64,000 bases of DNA from Eledone cirrhosa (taxonomy: Eukaryota): contig OZ024744.1 of the NCBI GenBank assembly GCA_964016885.1, positions 12,958,001-13,022,000 on the forward strand. Direction: 5' to 3'. A model generated the notes under the pieces. The model worked only from the letters and a program-made list of their open reading frames with translations. It had not been told where the DNA came from and searched no databases. Within the stretch, counting starts at the first letter, position 1, and the number at the start of each line of letters is the position of its first letter. Of this stretch, positions 1 to 13,900 are shown piece by piece. The position numbers were made by a program, and so were the translations under genes.

Positions 1-359
1 TACTATGAACATGGGGTTTGAATGTCTCAGTAGATCAGAGAGTCACTCCAGTTAAAGCTACTCTATAAATTGAGAGATCACAACTCCAATAATATGGACA
101 TGGGGTTTGAAAGACTCAGTAGATCAGAGTGTCACTCCAGTTAAAGCTACTCTCTAAATTGAGAGATCACAACACCATTACTATGGACATGTGGTTAGAA
201 TATTCTCAGTAGATTAGAGTGTCACTCCAGTTAAAGCTACTCTCTAAATTGCTAGATCACAACACCCATACTATGGACATGTGGTTAAAATGTCACAGTA
301 GATCAGAGAGTCACTCCAGTTAAAGCTACTCTCTAAATTGAGAGATGACAACTCCAATA

Positions 360-3300
360 ATATGGACATGGGGTTTGAATGTCTCAGTAGACCAGAGTGT
401 CACTCCAGTTAAAGCTACTCTCTAAATTGAGAGATCACAATTCCAATACTATGGACATGGGGTATGAATGTCTCAGTAGATCGGAGTGTCACTCCAGTTA
501 AAGCTACTCTCTAAATTGAGAGATCACAACTCCAATACTATGGACATGGGGTTTGAATGTCTCAGTAGACCAGAGAGTCACTCCAGTTAAAGCCACTAAT
601 TCTCTAAATTGAGAGATCCCAACTCCCATACTATGGACATGTGGTTAGAATGTCTCAGTAGATCAGAGAGTCACTCCAGTTAAAGCTACTCTCTAAATTG
701 AGAGATCACAACTCCCATACTATGGCCATGTGTTTAGAATGTCTCAGATGATCAGAGTGTCACTCCAGTTAAAACCACTCTCTAAATTGAGAGATCACAA
801 CTCCAATACTATGGTCATGTGGTTAGAATGTCTCAGTAGATCAGAGAGTCACTCCAGTTAAAGCCACTCTCTAAATTAAGAGATCACAACTCAAATATTA
901 TGGACATGTGGTTAGAATATCTCAGTAGATCAGAGAGTCACTCCAGTTAAAGCCACTCTCTAAATTGAGAGATCACAACTCCCATACTATGGACATGTGG
1001 TTAGAATGTCTCAGTAGATCAGAGTGTCACTCCAGTTAAAGCTACTCTCTAAATTGAGAGATCACAACTCCCATACTATGGCCATGTGTTTAGAATGTCT
1101 CAGATGATCAGAGTGTCACTCCAGTTAAAACCACTCTCTAAATTGAGAGATCACAACTCCAATACTATGGTCATGTGGTTAGAATGTCTCAGTAGATCAG
1201 AGAGTCACTCCAGTTAAAGCCAATCTCTAAATTGAAAGATCACAACTCCAATACTATGGACATGGTGTTTGAATCTCTCAGTAGATCAGAGTGTCACTCC
1301 AGTTAAAGCCACTCTCTAAATTGCGAGATCACAACTTCCATACTATGGACATGTGGTTAGAAAGTTTCAGTAGATCAGAGAGTCACTCCGGTTAAAGCCA
1401 CTCTCGAAATTGCGAGATCACAACTCCAATACTATGGTCATGTCGTTAGAATGTCTCAGTAGATCAGAGAGTCACTCCAGTTAAAGCCACTCTCTAAATT
1501 GAAAGATCACAACTCCAATACTATAGCCATGGTGTTTGAATCTCTCAGTAGATCAGAGTGTCACTCCAGTTAAAGCTACTCTCTAAATTGAGAGATCACA
1601 ACACCAATACTATGAACATGAGGTTTGAATGTCTCAGTAGATCAGAGAGTCACTCCAGTTAAAGCTACTCTATAAATTGAGAGATCACAACTCCAATACT
1701 ATGGACATGGGGTTTGAAAGACTCAGTAGATCAGAGTGTCACTCCAGTTAAAGCTACTCTCTAAATTGAGAGATTACAACTCCAATACTATGGACATGGG
1801 GTTTGAATGTCTCAATAGATCAGAGAGTCACTCCAGTTAAAGCTACTCTCCAAATTGAGAGATCACAACTCCCATACTATGGACATGTGGTTAGAATGTC
1901 TCAGTAGATCAGAGAGTCACTCCAGTTAAAGCTACTCTCTAAATTGAGAGATGACAACTCCAATACTATGGACATGGAGTTTGAACGTCTCAGTAGACCA
2001 GAGTGTCACTCCAGTTAAAGCTACTCTCTAAAATGAGAGATCACAACTCCCATACTATGGACATCTGGTTAGAATGTCTCAGTAGATCAGAGAGTCACTC
2101 CAGTTGAAGCTACTCTCTAAATTGAGAGATCAGAACTCCCATACTATGGACATGGGGTTTGAATGTCTCAGTAGATCAGAGTGTCACACCAGTTAAAGCC
2201 ACTCTCTAAATTGAGAGATCACAACTTCCATACTATGGACATGTGGTTAGAATGTTTCAGTAGATCAGAGAGTCACTCCGTTTAAAGCCACTCTCTAAAT
2301 TGAGAGATCACAACTCCAATACTATAGTCATGTCGTTAGAATGTCTCAGTAGATCAGAGAGTCACTCCAGTTAAAGCCACTCTCTAAATTGAAAGATCAC
2401 AACTCCAATACTATGGACATGGTGTTTGAATCTCTCAGTAGATCAGAGTGTCACTCCAGTTAAAGCCACTCTCTAAATTGCGAGATCACAACTTCCATAC
2501 TATGGACATGTGGTTAGAATGTTTCAGTAGATCAGAGAGTCACTCCGGTTAAAGCCACTCTCTAAATTGAGAGATCACAACTCCAATACTATGGTCATGT
2601 CGTTAGAATGTCTCAGTAGATCAGAGAGTCACTCCAGTTAAAGCCACTCTCTAAATTGAAAGATCACAACTCCAATATTATAGCCATGGTGTTTGAATCT
2701 CTCAGTAGATCAGAGTGTCACTCCAGTTAAAGCTACCCTCTAAATTGAGAGATCACAACTCCAATACTATGAACATGAGGTTTGAATGTCTCAGTAGATC
2801 AGAGAGTCACTCCAGTTAAAGCTACTCTATGAATTGAGAGATCACAACTCCAATACTATGGACATGGGGTTTGAAAGACTCAGTAGATCAGAGTGTCACT
2901 CCAGTTAAAGCTACTCTCTAAATTGAGAGATTACAACTCCAATACTATGGACATGGGGTTTGAATGTCTCAATAGATCAGAGAGTCACTCCAGTTAAAGC
3001 TACTCTCTGAATTGAGAGATCACAACACCATTACTATGGACATGTGGTTAGAATGTCTCAGTAGATTAGAGTGTCACTCCAGTTAAAGCTACTCTCTAAA
3101 TTGAGAGATCACAACTCCCATACTATGGACATGTGGTTAGAATGTCTCAGTAGATCAGAGAGTCACTCCAGTTAAAGCTACTCTCTAAATTGAGAGATGA
3201 CAACTCCAATACTATGGACATGGAGTTTGAATGTCTCAGTAGACCAGAGTGTCACTCCAGTTAAAGCTACTCTCTAAAATGAGAGATCACAACTCCCATA

Positions 3301-6300
3301 CTATGGACATGTGGTTAGAATGTCTCAGTAGATCAGAGAGTCACTCCAGTTGAAGCTACTCTCTAAATTGAGAGATCAGAACTCCCATACTATGGACATG
3401 GGTTTTGAATGTCTCAGTAGGTCAAAGATTCACTCCAGTTAAAGCTACTCTCTAAATTGAGAGATCACAACTCCAATACTATGGACATGGGGTATGAATG
3501 TCTCAGTAGATCGGAGTGTCACTCCAGTTAAAGCTACTCTCTAAATTGAGAGATCACAACTCCAATACTATGGACATGGGGTTTGAATGTCTCAGTAGAT
3601 CAGAGAGTCACTTCAGTTAAAGCTACTCTCTATATTGAGAGATCACAACTCCAATACTATGGACATGGGGTTTGAATGTCTCAGTAGATCAGAGAGTCAC
3701 TCCAGTTAAAGCTACTCTCTAAATTGAGAGATCACAACTCCAATACTATGGACATGGGGTTTGAATGTCTCAGTAGATCAGAGTGTCACTCCAGTTAAAG
3801 CTACTCTCTAAATTGAGAGATCACAACTCCCATACTATGGACATGTGGGTAGAATGTCTCAGTAGATCAGAGAGTCACTCCAGTTAAAGCCACTCTCTAA
3901 ATTGAGAGATCACAACTCCAATACTATGGACATGTGGTTAGAATGTCTCAGTAGATCAGAGAGTCACTCCAGTTAAAGCTACTCTCTAAATTGAGAGATC
4001 ACAACTCCAATACTATGGACATGGGGTTTGAATGTCTCAGTAGACCAGAGTGTCACTCCAGTTAAAGCTACTCTCTAAATTGAGAGATCACAATTCCAAT
4101 ACTATGGACATGGGGTATGAATGTCTCAGTAGATCGGAGTGTCACTCCAGTTAAAGCTACTCTCTAAATTGAGAGATCACAACTCCAATACTATGGACAT
4201 GGGGTTTGAATGTCTCAGTAGACCAGAGAGTCACTCCAGATAAATCTACTCTCTAAATTGAGAGATCCCAACTCCCATACTATGGACATGTGGTTAGAAT
4301 GTCTCAGTAGATCAGAGAGTCACTCCAGTTAAAGCTACTCTCTAAATTGAGAGATCACAACTCCCATACTATGGCCATGTGTTTAGAATGTCTCAGATGA
4401 TCAGAGTGTCACTCCAGTTAAAACCACTCTCTAAATTGAGAGATCACAACTCCAATACTATGGTCATGTGGTTAGAATGTCTCAGTAGATCAGAGAGTCA
4501 CTCCAGTTAAAGCCACTCTCTAAATTAAGAGATCACAACTCCAATACTATGGACATGTGGTTAGAATATCTCAGTAGATCAGAGAGTCACTCCAGTTAAA
4601 GCCACTCTCTAAATTGAGAGATCACAACTCCCATACTATGGACATGTAGTTAGAATGTCTCAGTAGATCAGAGTGTCACTCCAGTTAAAGCTACTCTCTA
4701 AATTGAGAGATCACAACTCCCATACTATGGCCATGTGTTTAGAATGTCTCAGATGATCAGAGTGTCACTCCAGTTAAAACCACTCTCTAAATTGAGAGAT
4801 CACAACTCCAATACTATGGTCATGTGGTTAGAATGTCTCAGTAGATCAGAGAGTCACTCCAGTTAAAGCCAATCTCTAAATTGAAAGATCACAACTCCAA
4901 TACTATGGACATGGTGTTTGAATCTCTCAGTAGATCAGAGTGTCACTCCAGTTAAAGCCACTCTCTAAATTGCGAGATCACAACTTCCATACTATGGACA
5001 TGTGGTTAGAAAGTTTCAGTAGATCAGAGAGTCACTCCGGTTAAAGCCACTCTCGAAATTGAGAGATCACAACTCCAATACTATGGTCATGTCGTTAGAA
5101 TGTCTCAGTAGATCAGAGAGTCACTCCAGTTAAAGCTACTCTCTAAATTGAGAGATGACAACTCCAATACTATGGACATGGAGTTTGAACGTCTCAGTAG
5201 ACCAGAGTGTCACTCCAGTTAAAGCTACTCTCTAAAATGAGAGATCACAACTCCCATACTATGGACATCTGGTTAGAATGTCTCAGTAGATCAGAGAGTC
5301 ACTCCAGTTGAAGCTACTCTCTAAATTGAGAGATCAGAACTCCCATACTATGGACATGGGGTTTGAATGTCTCAGTAGATCAGAGTGTCACTCCAGTTAA
5401 AGCCACTCTCTAAATTGAGAGATCACAACTTCCATACTATGGACATGTGGTTAGAATGTTTCAGTAGATCAGAGAGTCACTCCGTTTAAAGCCACTCTCT
5501 AAATTGAGAGATCACAACTCCAATACTATAGTCATGTCGTTAGAATGTCTCAGTAGATCAGAGAGTCACTCCAGTTAAAGCCACTCTCTAAATTGAAAGA
5601 TCACAACTCCAATACTATGGACATGGTGTTTGAATCTCTCAGTAGATCAGAGTGTCACTCCAGTTAAAGCCACTCTCTAAATTGCGAGATCACAACTTCC
5701 ATACTATGGACATGTGGTTAGAATGTTTCAGTAGATCAGAGAGTCACTCCGGTTAAAGCCACTCTCTAAATTGAGAGATCACAACTCCAATACTATGGTC
5801 ATGTCGTTAGAATGTCTCAGTAGATCAGAGAGTCACTCCAGTTAAAGCCACTCTCTAAATTGAAAGATCACAACTCCAATATTATAGCCATGGTGTTTGA
5901 ATCTCTCAGTAGATCAGAGTGTCACTCCAGTTAAAGCTACCCTCTAAATTGAGAGATCACAACTCCAATACCATGAACATGAGGTTTGAATGTCTCAGTA
6001 GATCAGAGAGTCACTCCAGTTAAAGCTACTCTATGAATTGAGAGATCACAACTCCAATACTATGGACATGGGGTTTGAAAGACTCAGTAGATCAGAGTGT
6101 CACTCCAGTTAAAGCTACTCTCTAAATTGAGAGATTACAACTCCAATACTATGGACATGGGGTTTGAATGTCTCAATAGATCAGAGAGTCACTCCAGTTA
6201 AAGCTACTCTCTGAATTGAGAGATCACAACACCATTACTATGGACATGTGGTTAGAATGTCTCAGTAGATTAGAGTGTCACTCCAGTTAAAGCTACTCTC

Positions 6301-9300
6301 TAAAATGAGAGATCACAACTCCCATACTATGGACATCTGGTTAGAATGTCTCAGTAGATCAGAGAGTCACTCCAGTTGAAGCTACTCTCTAAATTGAGAG
6401 ATCAGAACTCCCATACTATGGACATGGGTTTTGAATGTCTCAGTAGGTCAAAGATTCACTCCAGTTAAAGCTACTCTCTAAATTGAGAGATCACAACTCC
6501 AATACTATGGACATGGGGTTTGAATGTCTCAGTAGATCAGAGAGTCACTTCAGTTAAAGCTACTCTCTATATTGAGAGATCACAACTCCAATACTATGGA
6601 CATGGGGTTTGAATGTCTCAGTAGATCAGAGAGTCACTCCAGTTAAAGCTACTCTCTAAATTGAGAGATCACAACTCCAATACTATGGACATGGGGTTTG
6701 AATGTCTCAGTAGATCAGAGTGTCACTCCAGTTAAAGCTACTCTCTAAATTGAGAGATCACAACTCCCATACTATGGACATGTGGGTAGAATGTCTCAGT
6801 AGATCAGAGAGTCACTCCAGTTAAAGCCACTCTCTAAATTGAGAGATCACAATTCCAATACTATGGACATGGGGTATGAATGTCTCAGTAGATCGGAGTG
6901 TCACTCCAGTTAAAGCTACTCTCTAAATTGAGAGATCACAACTCCCATACTATGGCCATGTGTTTAGAATGTCTCAGATGATCAGAGTGTCACTCCAGTT
7001 AAAACCACTCTCTAAATTGAGAGATCACAACTCCAATACTATGGTCATGTGGTTAGAATGTCTCAGTAGATCAGAGAGTCACTCCAGTTAAAGCCACTCT
7101 CTAAATTAAGAGATCACAACTCCAATACTATGGTCATGTCGTTAGAATGTCTCAGTAGATCAGAGAGTCACTCCAGTTAAAGCTACTCTCTAAATTGAGA
7201 GATGACAACTCCAATACTATGGACATGGAGTTTGAACGTCTCAGTAGACCAGAGTGTCACTCCAGTTAAAGCTACTCTCTAAAATGAGAGATCACAACTC
7301 CCATACTATGGACATCTGGTTAGAATGTCTCAGTAGATCAGAGAGTCACTCCAGTTGAAGCTACTCTCTAAATTGAGAGATCAGAACTCCCATACTATGG
7401 ACATGGGGTTTGAATGTCTCAGTAGATCAGAGTGTCACTCCAGTTAAAGCCACTCTCTAAATTGAGAGATCACAACTTCCATACTATGGACATGTGGTTA
7501 GAATGTTTCAGTAGATCAGAGAGTCACTCCGTTTAAAGCCACTCTCTAAATTGAGAGATCACAACTCCAATACTATAGTCATGTCGTTAGAATGTCTCAG
7601 TAGATCAGAGAGTCACTCCAGTTAAAGCCACTCTCTAAATTGAAAGATCACAACTCCAATACTATGGACATGGTGTTTGAATCTCTCAGTAGATCAGAGT
7701 GTCACTCCAGTTAAAGCCACTCTCTAAATTGCGAGATCACAACTTCCATACTATGGACATGTGGTTAGAATGTTTCAGTAGATCAGAGAGTCACTCCGGT
7801 TAAAGCCACTCTCTAAATTGAGAGATCACAACTCCAATACTATGGTCATGTCGTTAGAATGTCTCAGTAGATCAGAGAGTCACTCCAGTTAAAGCCACTC
7901 TCTAAATTGAAAGATCACAACTCCAATATTATAGCCATGGTGTTTGAATCTCTCAGTAGATCAGAGTGTCACTCCAGTTAAAGCTACCCTCTAAATTGAG
8001 AGATCACAACTCCAATACTATGAACATGAGGTTTGAATGTCTCAGTAGATCAGAGAGTCACTCCAGTTAAAGCTACTCTATGAATTGAGAGATCACAACT
8101 CCAATACTATGGACATGGGGTTTGAAAGACTCAGTAGATCAGAGTGTCACTCCAGTTAAAGCTACTCTCTAAATTGAGAGATTACAACTCCAATACTATG
8201 GACATGGGGTTTGAATGTCTCAATAGATCAGAGAGTCACTCCAGTTAAAGCTACTCTCTGAATTGAGAGATCACAACACCATTACTATGGACATGTGGTT
8301 AGAATGTCTCAGTAGATTAGAGTGTCACTCCAGTTAAAGCTACTCTCTAAATTGAGAGATCACAACTCCCATACTATGGACATGTGGTTAGAATGTCTCA
8401 GTAGATCAGAGAGTCACTCCAGTTAAAGCTACTCTCTAAATTGAGAGATGACAACTCCAATACTATGGACATGGAGTTTGAATGTCTCAGTAGACCAGAG
8501 TGTCACTCCAGTTAAAGCTACTCTCTAAAATGAGAGATCACAACTCCCATGCTATGGACATCTGGTTAGAATGTCTCAGTAGATCAGAGAGTCACTCCAG
8601 TTGAAGCTACTCTCTAAATTGAGAGATCAGAACTCCCATACTATGGACATGGGTTTTGAATGTCTCAGTAGGTCAAAGATTCACTCCAGTTAAAGCTACT
8701 CTCTAAATTGAGAGATCACAACTCCAATACTATGGACATGGGGTATGAATGTCTCAGTAGATCGGAGTGTCACTCCAGTTAAAGCTACTCTCTAAATTGA
8801 GAGATCACAACTCCAATACTATGGACATGGGGTTTGAATGTCTCAGTAGATCAGAGAGTCACTTCAGTTAAAGCTACTCTCTATATTGAGAGATCACAAC
8901 TCCAATACTATGGACATGGGGTTTGAATGTCTCAGTAGATCAGAGAGTCACTCCAGTTAAAGCTACTCTCTAAATTGAGAGATCACAACTCCAATACTAT
9001 GGACATGGGGTTTGAATGTCTCAGTAGATCAGAGTGTCACTCCAGTTAAAGCTACTCTCTAAATTGAGAGATCACAACTCCCATACTATGGACATGTGGG
9101 TAGAATGTCTCAGTAGATCAGAGAGTCACTCCAGTTAAAGCCACTCTCTAAATTGAGAGATCACAACTCCAATACTATGGACATGTGGTTAGAATGTCTC
9201 AGTAGATCAGAGAATCACTCCAGTTAAAGCTACTCTCTAAATTGAGAGATCACAACTCCAATACTATGGACATGGGGTTTGAATGTCTCAGTAGACCAGA

Positions 9301-12300
9301 GTGTCACTCCAGTTAAAGCTACTCTCTAAATTGAGAGATCACAATTCCAATACTATGGACATGGGGTATGAATGTCTCAGTAGATCGGAGTGTCACTCCA
9401 GTTAAAGCTACTCTCTAAATTGAGAGATCACAACTCCAATACTATGGACATGGGGTTTGAATGTCTCAGTAGACCAGAGAGTCACTCCAGATAAATCTAC
9501 TCTCTAAATTGAGAGATCCCAACTCCCATACTATGGACATGTGGTTAGAATGTCTCAGTAGATCAGAGAGTCACTCCAGTTAAAGCTACTCTCTAAATTG
9601 AGAGATCACAACTCCCATACTATGGCCATGTGTTTAGAATGTCTCAGATGATCAGAGTGTCACTCCAGTTAAAACCACTCTCTAAATTGAGAGATCACAA
9701 CTCCAATACTATGGTCATGTGGTTAGAATGTCTCAGTAGATCAGAGAGTCACTCCAGTTAAAGCCACTCTCTAAATTAAGAGATCACAACTCCAATACTA
9801 TGGACATGTGGTTAGAATATCTCAGTAGATCAGAGAGTCACTCCAGTTAAAGCCACTCTCTAAATTGAGAGATCACAACTCCCATACTATGGACATGTGG
9901 TTAGAATGTCTCAGTAGATCAGAGTGTCACTCCAGTTAAAGCTACTCTCTAAATTGAGAGATCACAACTCCCATACTATGGCCATGTGTTTAGAATGTCT
10001 CAGATGATCAGAGTGTCACTCCAGTTAAAACCACTCTCTAAATTGAGAGATCACAACTCCAATACTATGGTCATGTGGTTAGAATGTCTCAGTAGATCAG
10101 AGAGTCACTCCAGTTAAAGCCAATCTCTAAATTGAAAGATCACAACTCCAATACTATGGACATGGTGTTTGAATCTCTCAGTAGATCAGAGTGTCACTCC
10201 AGTTAAAGCCACTCTCTAAATTGCGAGATCACAACTTCCATACTATGGACATGTGGTTAGAAAGTTTCAGTAGATCAGAGAGTCACTCCGGTTAAAGCCA
10301 CTCTCGAAATTGAGAGATCACAACTCCAATACTATGGTCATGTCGTTAGAATGTCTCAGTAGATCAGAGAGTCACTCCAGTTAAAGCCACTCTCTAAATT
10401 GAAAGATCACAACTCCAATACTATAGCCATGGTGTTTGAATCTCTCAGTAGATCAGAGTGTCACTCCAGTTAAAGCTACTCTCTAAATTGAGAGATCACA
10501 ACACCAATACTATGAACATGAGGTTTGAATGTCTCAGTAGATCAGAGAGTCACTCCAGTTAAAGCTACTCTATAAATTGAGAGATCACAACTCCAATACT
10601 ATGGACATGGGGTTTGAAAGACTCAGTAGATCAGAGTGTCACTCCAGTTAAAGCTACTCTCTAAATTGAGAGATTACAACTCCAATACTATGGACATGGG
10701 GTTTGAATGTCTCAATAGATCAGAGAGTCACTCCAGTTAAAGCTACTCTCTAAATTGAGAGATCACAACTCCCATACTATGGACATGTGGTTAGAATGTC
10801 TCAGTAGATCAGAGAGTCACTCCAGTTAAAGCTACTCTCTAAATTGAGAGATGACAACTCCAATACTATGGACATGGAGTTTGAACGTCTCAGTAGACCA
10901 GAGTGTCACTCCAGTTAAAGCTACTCTCTAAAATGAGAGATCACAACTCCCATACTATGGACATCTGGTTAGAATGTCTCAGTAGATCAGAGAGTCACTC
11001 CAGTTGAAGCTACTCTCTAAATTGAGAGATCAGAACTCCCATACTATGGACATGGGGTTTGAATGTCTCAGTAGATCAGAGTGTCACTCCAGTTAAAGCC
11101 ACTCTCTAAATTGAGAGATCACAACTTCCATACTATGGACATGTGGTTAGAATGTTTCAGTAGATCAGAGAGTCACTCCGTTTAAAGCCACTCTCTAAAT
11201 TGAGAGATCACAACTCCAATACTATAGTCATGTCGTTAGAATGTCTCAGTAGATCAGAGAGTCACTCCAGTTAAAGCCACTCTCTAAATTGAAAGATCAC
11301 AACTCCAATACTATGGACATGGTGTTTGAATCTCACAGTAGATCAGAGTGTCACTCCAGTTAAAGCCACTCTCTAAATTGCGAGATCACAACTTCCATAC
11401 TATGGACATGTGGTTAGAATGTTTCAGTAGATCAGAGAGTCACTCCGGTTAAAGCCACTCTCTAAATTGAGAGATCACAACTCCAATACTATGGTCATGT
11501 CGTTAGAATGTCTCAGTAGATCAGAGAGTCACTCCAGTTAAAGCCACTCTCTAAATTGAAAGATCACAACTCCAATATTATAGCCATGGTGTTTGAATCT
11601 CTCAGTAGATCAGAGAGTCACTCCAGTTAAAGCTACTCTCTAAATTGAGAGATCACAACTCCCATACTATGGACATGGGGTTTGAAAGACTCAGTAGATC
11701 AGAGTGTCACTCCAGTTAAAGCTACTCTCTAAATTGAGAGATTACAACTCCAATACTATGGACATGGGGTTTGAATGTCTCAATAGATCAGAGAGTCATT
11801 CCAGTTAAAGCTACTCTCTGAATTGAGAGATCACAACACCATTACTATGGACATGTGGTTAGAATGTCTCAGTAGATTAGAGTGTCACTCCAGTTAAAGC
11901 TACTCTCTAAATTGAGAGATCACAACTCCCATACTATGGACATGTGGTTAGAATGTCTCAGTAGATCAGAGAGTCACTCCAGTTAAAGCTACTCTCTAAA
12001 TTGAGAGATGACAACTCCAATACTGTGGACATGGAGTTTGAATGTCTCAGTAGACCAGATTGTCACTCCAGTTAAAGCTACTCTCTAAAATGAGAGATCA
12101 CAACTCCCATACTATGGACATCTGGTTAGAATGTCTCAGTAGATCAGAGAGTCACTCCAGTTGAAGCTACTCTCTAAATTGAGAGATCAGAACTCCCATA
12201 CTATGGACATGGGTTTTGAATGTCTCAGTAGGTCAAAGATTCACTCCAGTTAAAGCTACTCTCTAAATTGAGAGATCACAACTCCAATACTATGGACATG

Positions 12301-12800
12301 GGGTATGAATGTCTCAGTAGATCGGAGTGTCACTCCAGTTAAAGCTACTCTCTAAATTGAGAGATCACAACTCCAATACTATGGACATGGGGTTTGAATG
12401 TCTCAGTAGATCAGAGAGTCACTTCAGTTAAAGCTACTCTCTATATTGAGAGATCACAACTCCAATACTATGGACATGGGGTTTGAATGTCTCAGTAGAT
12501 CAGAGAGTCACTCCAGTTAAAGCTACTCTCTAAATTGAGAGATCACAACTCCAATACTATGGACATGGGGTTTGAATGTCTCAGTAGATCAGAGTGTCAC
12601 TCCAGTTAAAGCTACTCTCTAAATTGAGAGATCACAACTCCCATACTATGGACATGTGGGTAGAATGTCTCAGTAGATCAGAGAGTCACTCCAGTTAAAG
12701 CCACTCTCTAAATTGAGAGATCACAACTCCAATACTATGGACATGTGGTTAGAATGTCTCAGTAGATCAGAGAGTCACTCCAGTTAAAGCTACTCTCTAA
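360..12800. repeat. HOR domain 1: ~41-mer (3649 bp) with internally deleted copies
   Basis: GCCAATCTCT at ~1221, 4870, 10121 and CTCTCGAAATT at ~1401, 5050, 10301 (spacings 41 and 59 monomers). GGTCAAAGATTCAC at 3421, 6447, 8672, 12232 (34, 25, 40 monomers). These markers were not seen downstream. Edges approximate. Confidence 0.8.
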
Positions 12801-12819
12801 ATTGAGAGATCACAACTCC

Positions 12820-13900
12820 CATACTATGGCCATGTGTTTAGAATGTCTCAGATGATCAGAGAGTCACTCCAGTTAAAGCTACTCTCTAAATTGAAAGATC
12901 ACAACTCCAATACTATGGACATGGTGTTTGAATCTCTCAGTAGATCAGAGTGTCACTCCAGTTAAAGCTACTCTCTAAATTGAGAGATCACAACTCCAAT
13001 ACTATGAACATGGGGTTTGAATGTCTCAGTAGATCAGAGATTCACTCCAGTTGAAGCTACTCTATAAATTGAGAGATCACAACTCCAATACTATGGACAT
13101 GGGGTATGAATGTCTCAGTAGATCGGAGTATTACTCCAGTTAAAGCTACTCTCTAAATTGAGAGATCACAACTCCAATACTATGGACATGGGGTTTGAAT
13201 GTCTCAGTAGACCAGAGTGTCACTCCAGTTAAAGCTACTCTCTAAAATGAGAGATCACAACTCCCATACTATGGACATCTGGTTAGAATGTCTCAGTAGA
13301 TCAGAGAGTCACTCCAGTTAAAGCCACTCTCTAAATTGAGAGATCACAACTCCAATACTATGGACATGTGGTTAGAATGTCTCATTAGATCAGAGAGTCA
13401 CTCCAGTTAAAGCTACTCTCTAAATTGAGAGATGACAACTCCAATACTATGGACATGGGGTTTGAACGTCTCACTAGATCAGTGTGTCACTCCAGTTAAA
13501 GCTACTCTCTAAATTGAGAGATCACAACTCCAATACTATGAACATGGGGTTTGAATGTCTCCGTAGACCAGAGTGTCACTCCAGTTAAAGCTACTCTTGA
13601 AAATGAGAGATCACAACTTCCATACTATGGACATGGGGTTTGAATATCTCAGTAGATCAGAGAGTCACTCCAGTTAAAGCTACTCTTTGAATTGAGAGAT
13701 CACAACTCCAATACTATGGACATGGGGTTTGAATGTCTCAGTAGATCAGTGTTTCACTCCAGTTAAAGCTACTCTCTAAATTCAGAGATCACAACTCCAA
13801 TACTATGGACATGGGGTTTGAATGTCTCAGTAGACCAGAGAGTCACTCCAGTTAAAGCTACTCTATGAATTGAGAGATCACAACTCCCATACTATGGACA
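12820..13900. repeat. Island of more divergent monomers related to the distal (54.6-64 kb) domain
   Basis: Carries GAACGTC..CAGTGTGTC, TCCGTAGACC..CTCTTGAAAATG and CAGTGTTTCAC..AATTCAGAG, combinations otherwise seen only beyond 55 kb, plus private SNPs. Confidence 0.75.

Noticed and set aside
39-49. AP-1-like site (AGAGTCA) or CENP-B box
   Set aside because: It mismatches TGA(C/G)TCA, and the CENP-B box core (TTCG....A..CGGG) is absent.
190-200. Telomere-like GGTTAG / GGGTTT motifs and G-quadruplex potential
   Set aside because: At most one hexamer and one G-run per 89 bp, with no tandem telomeric units.
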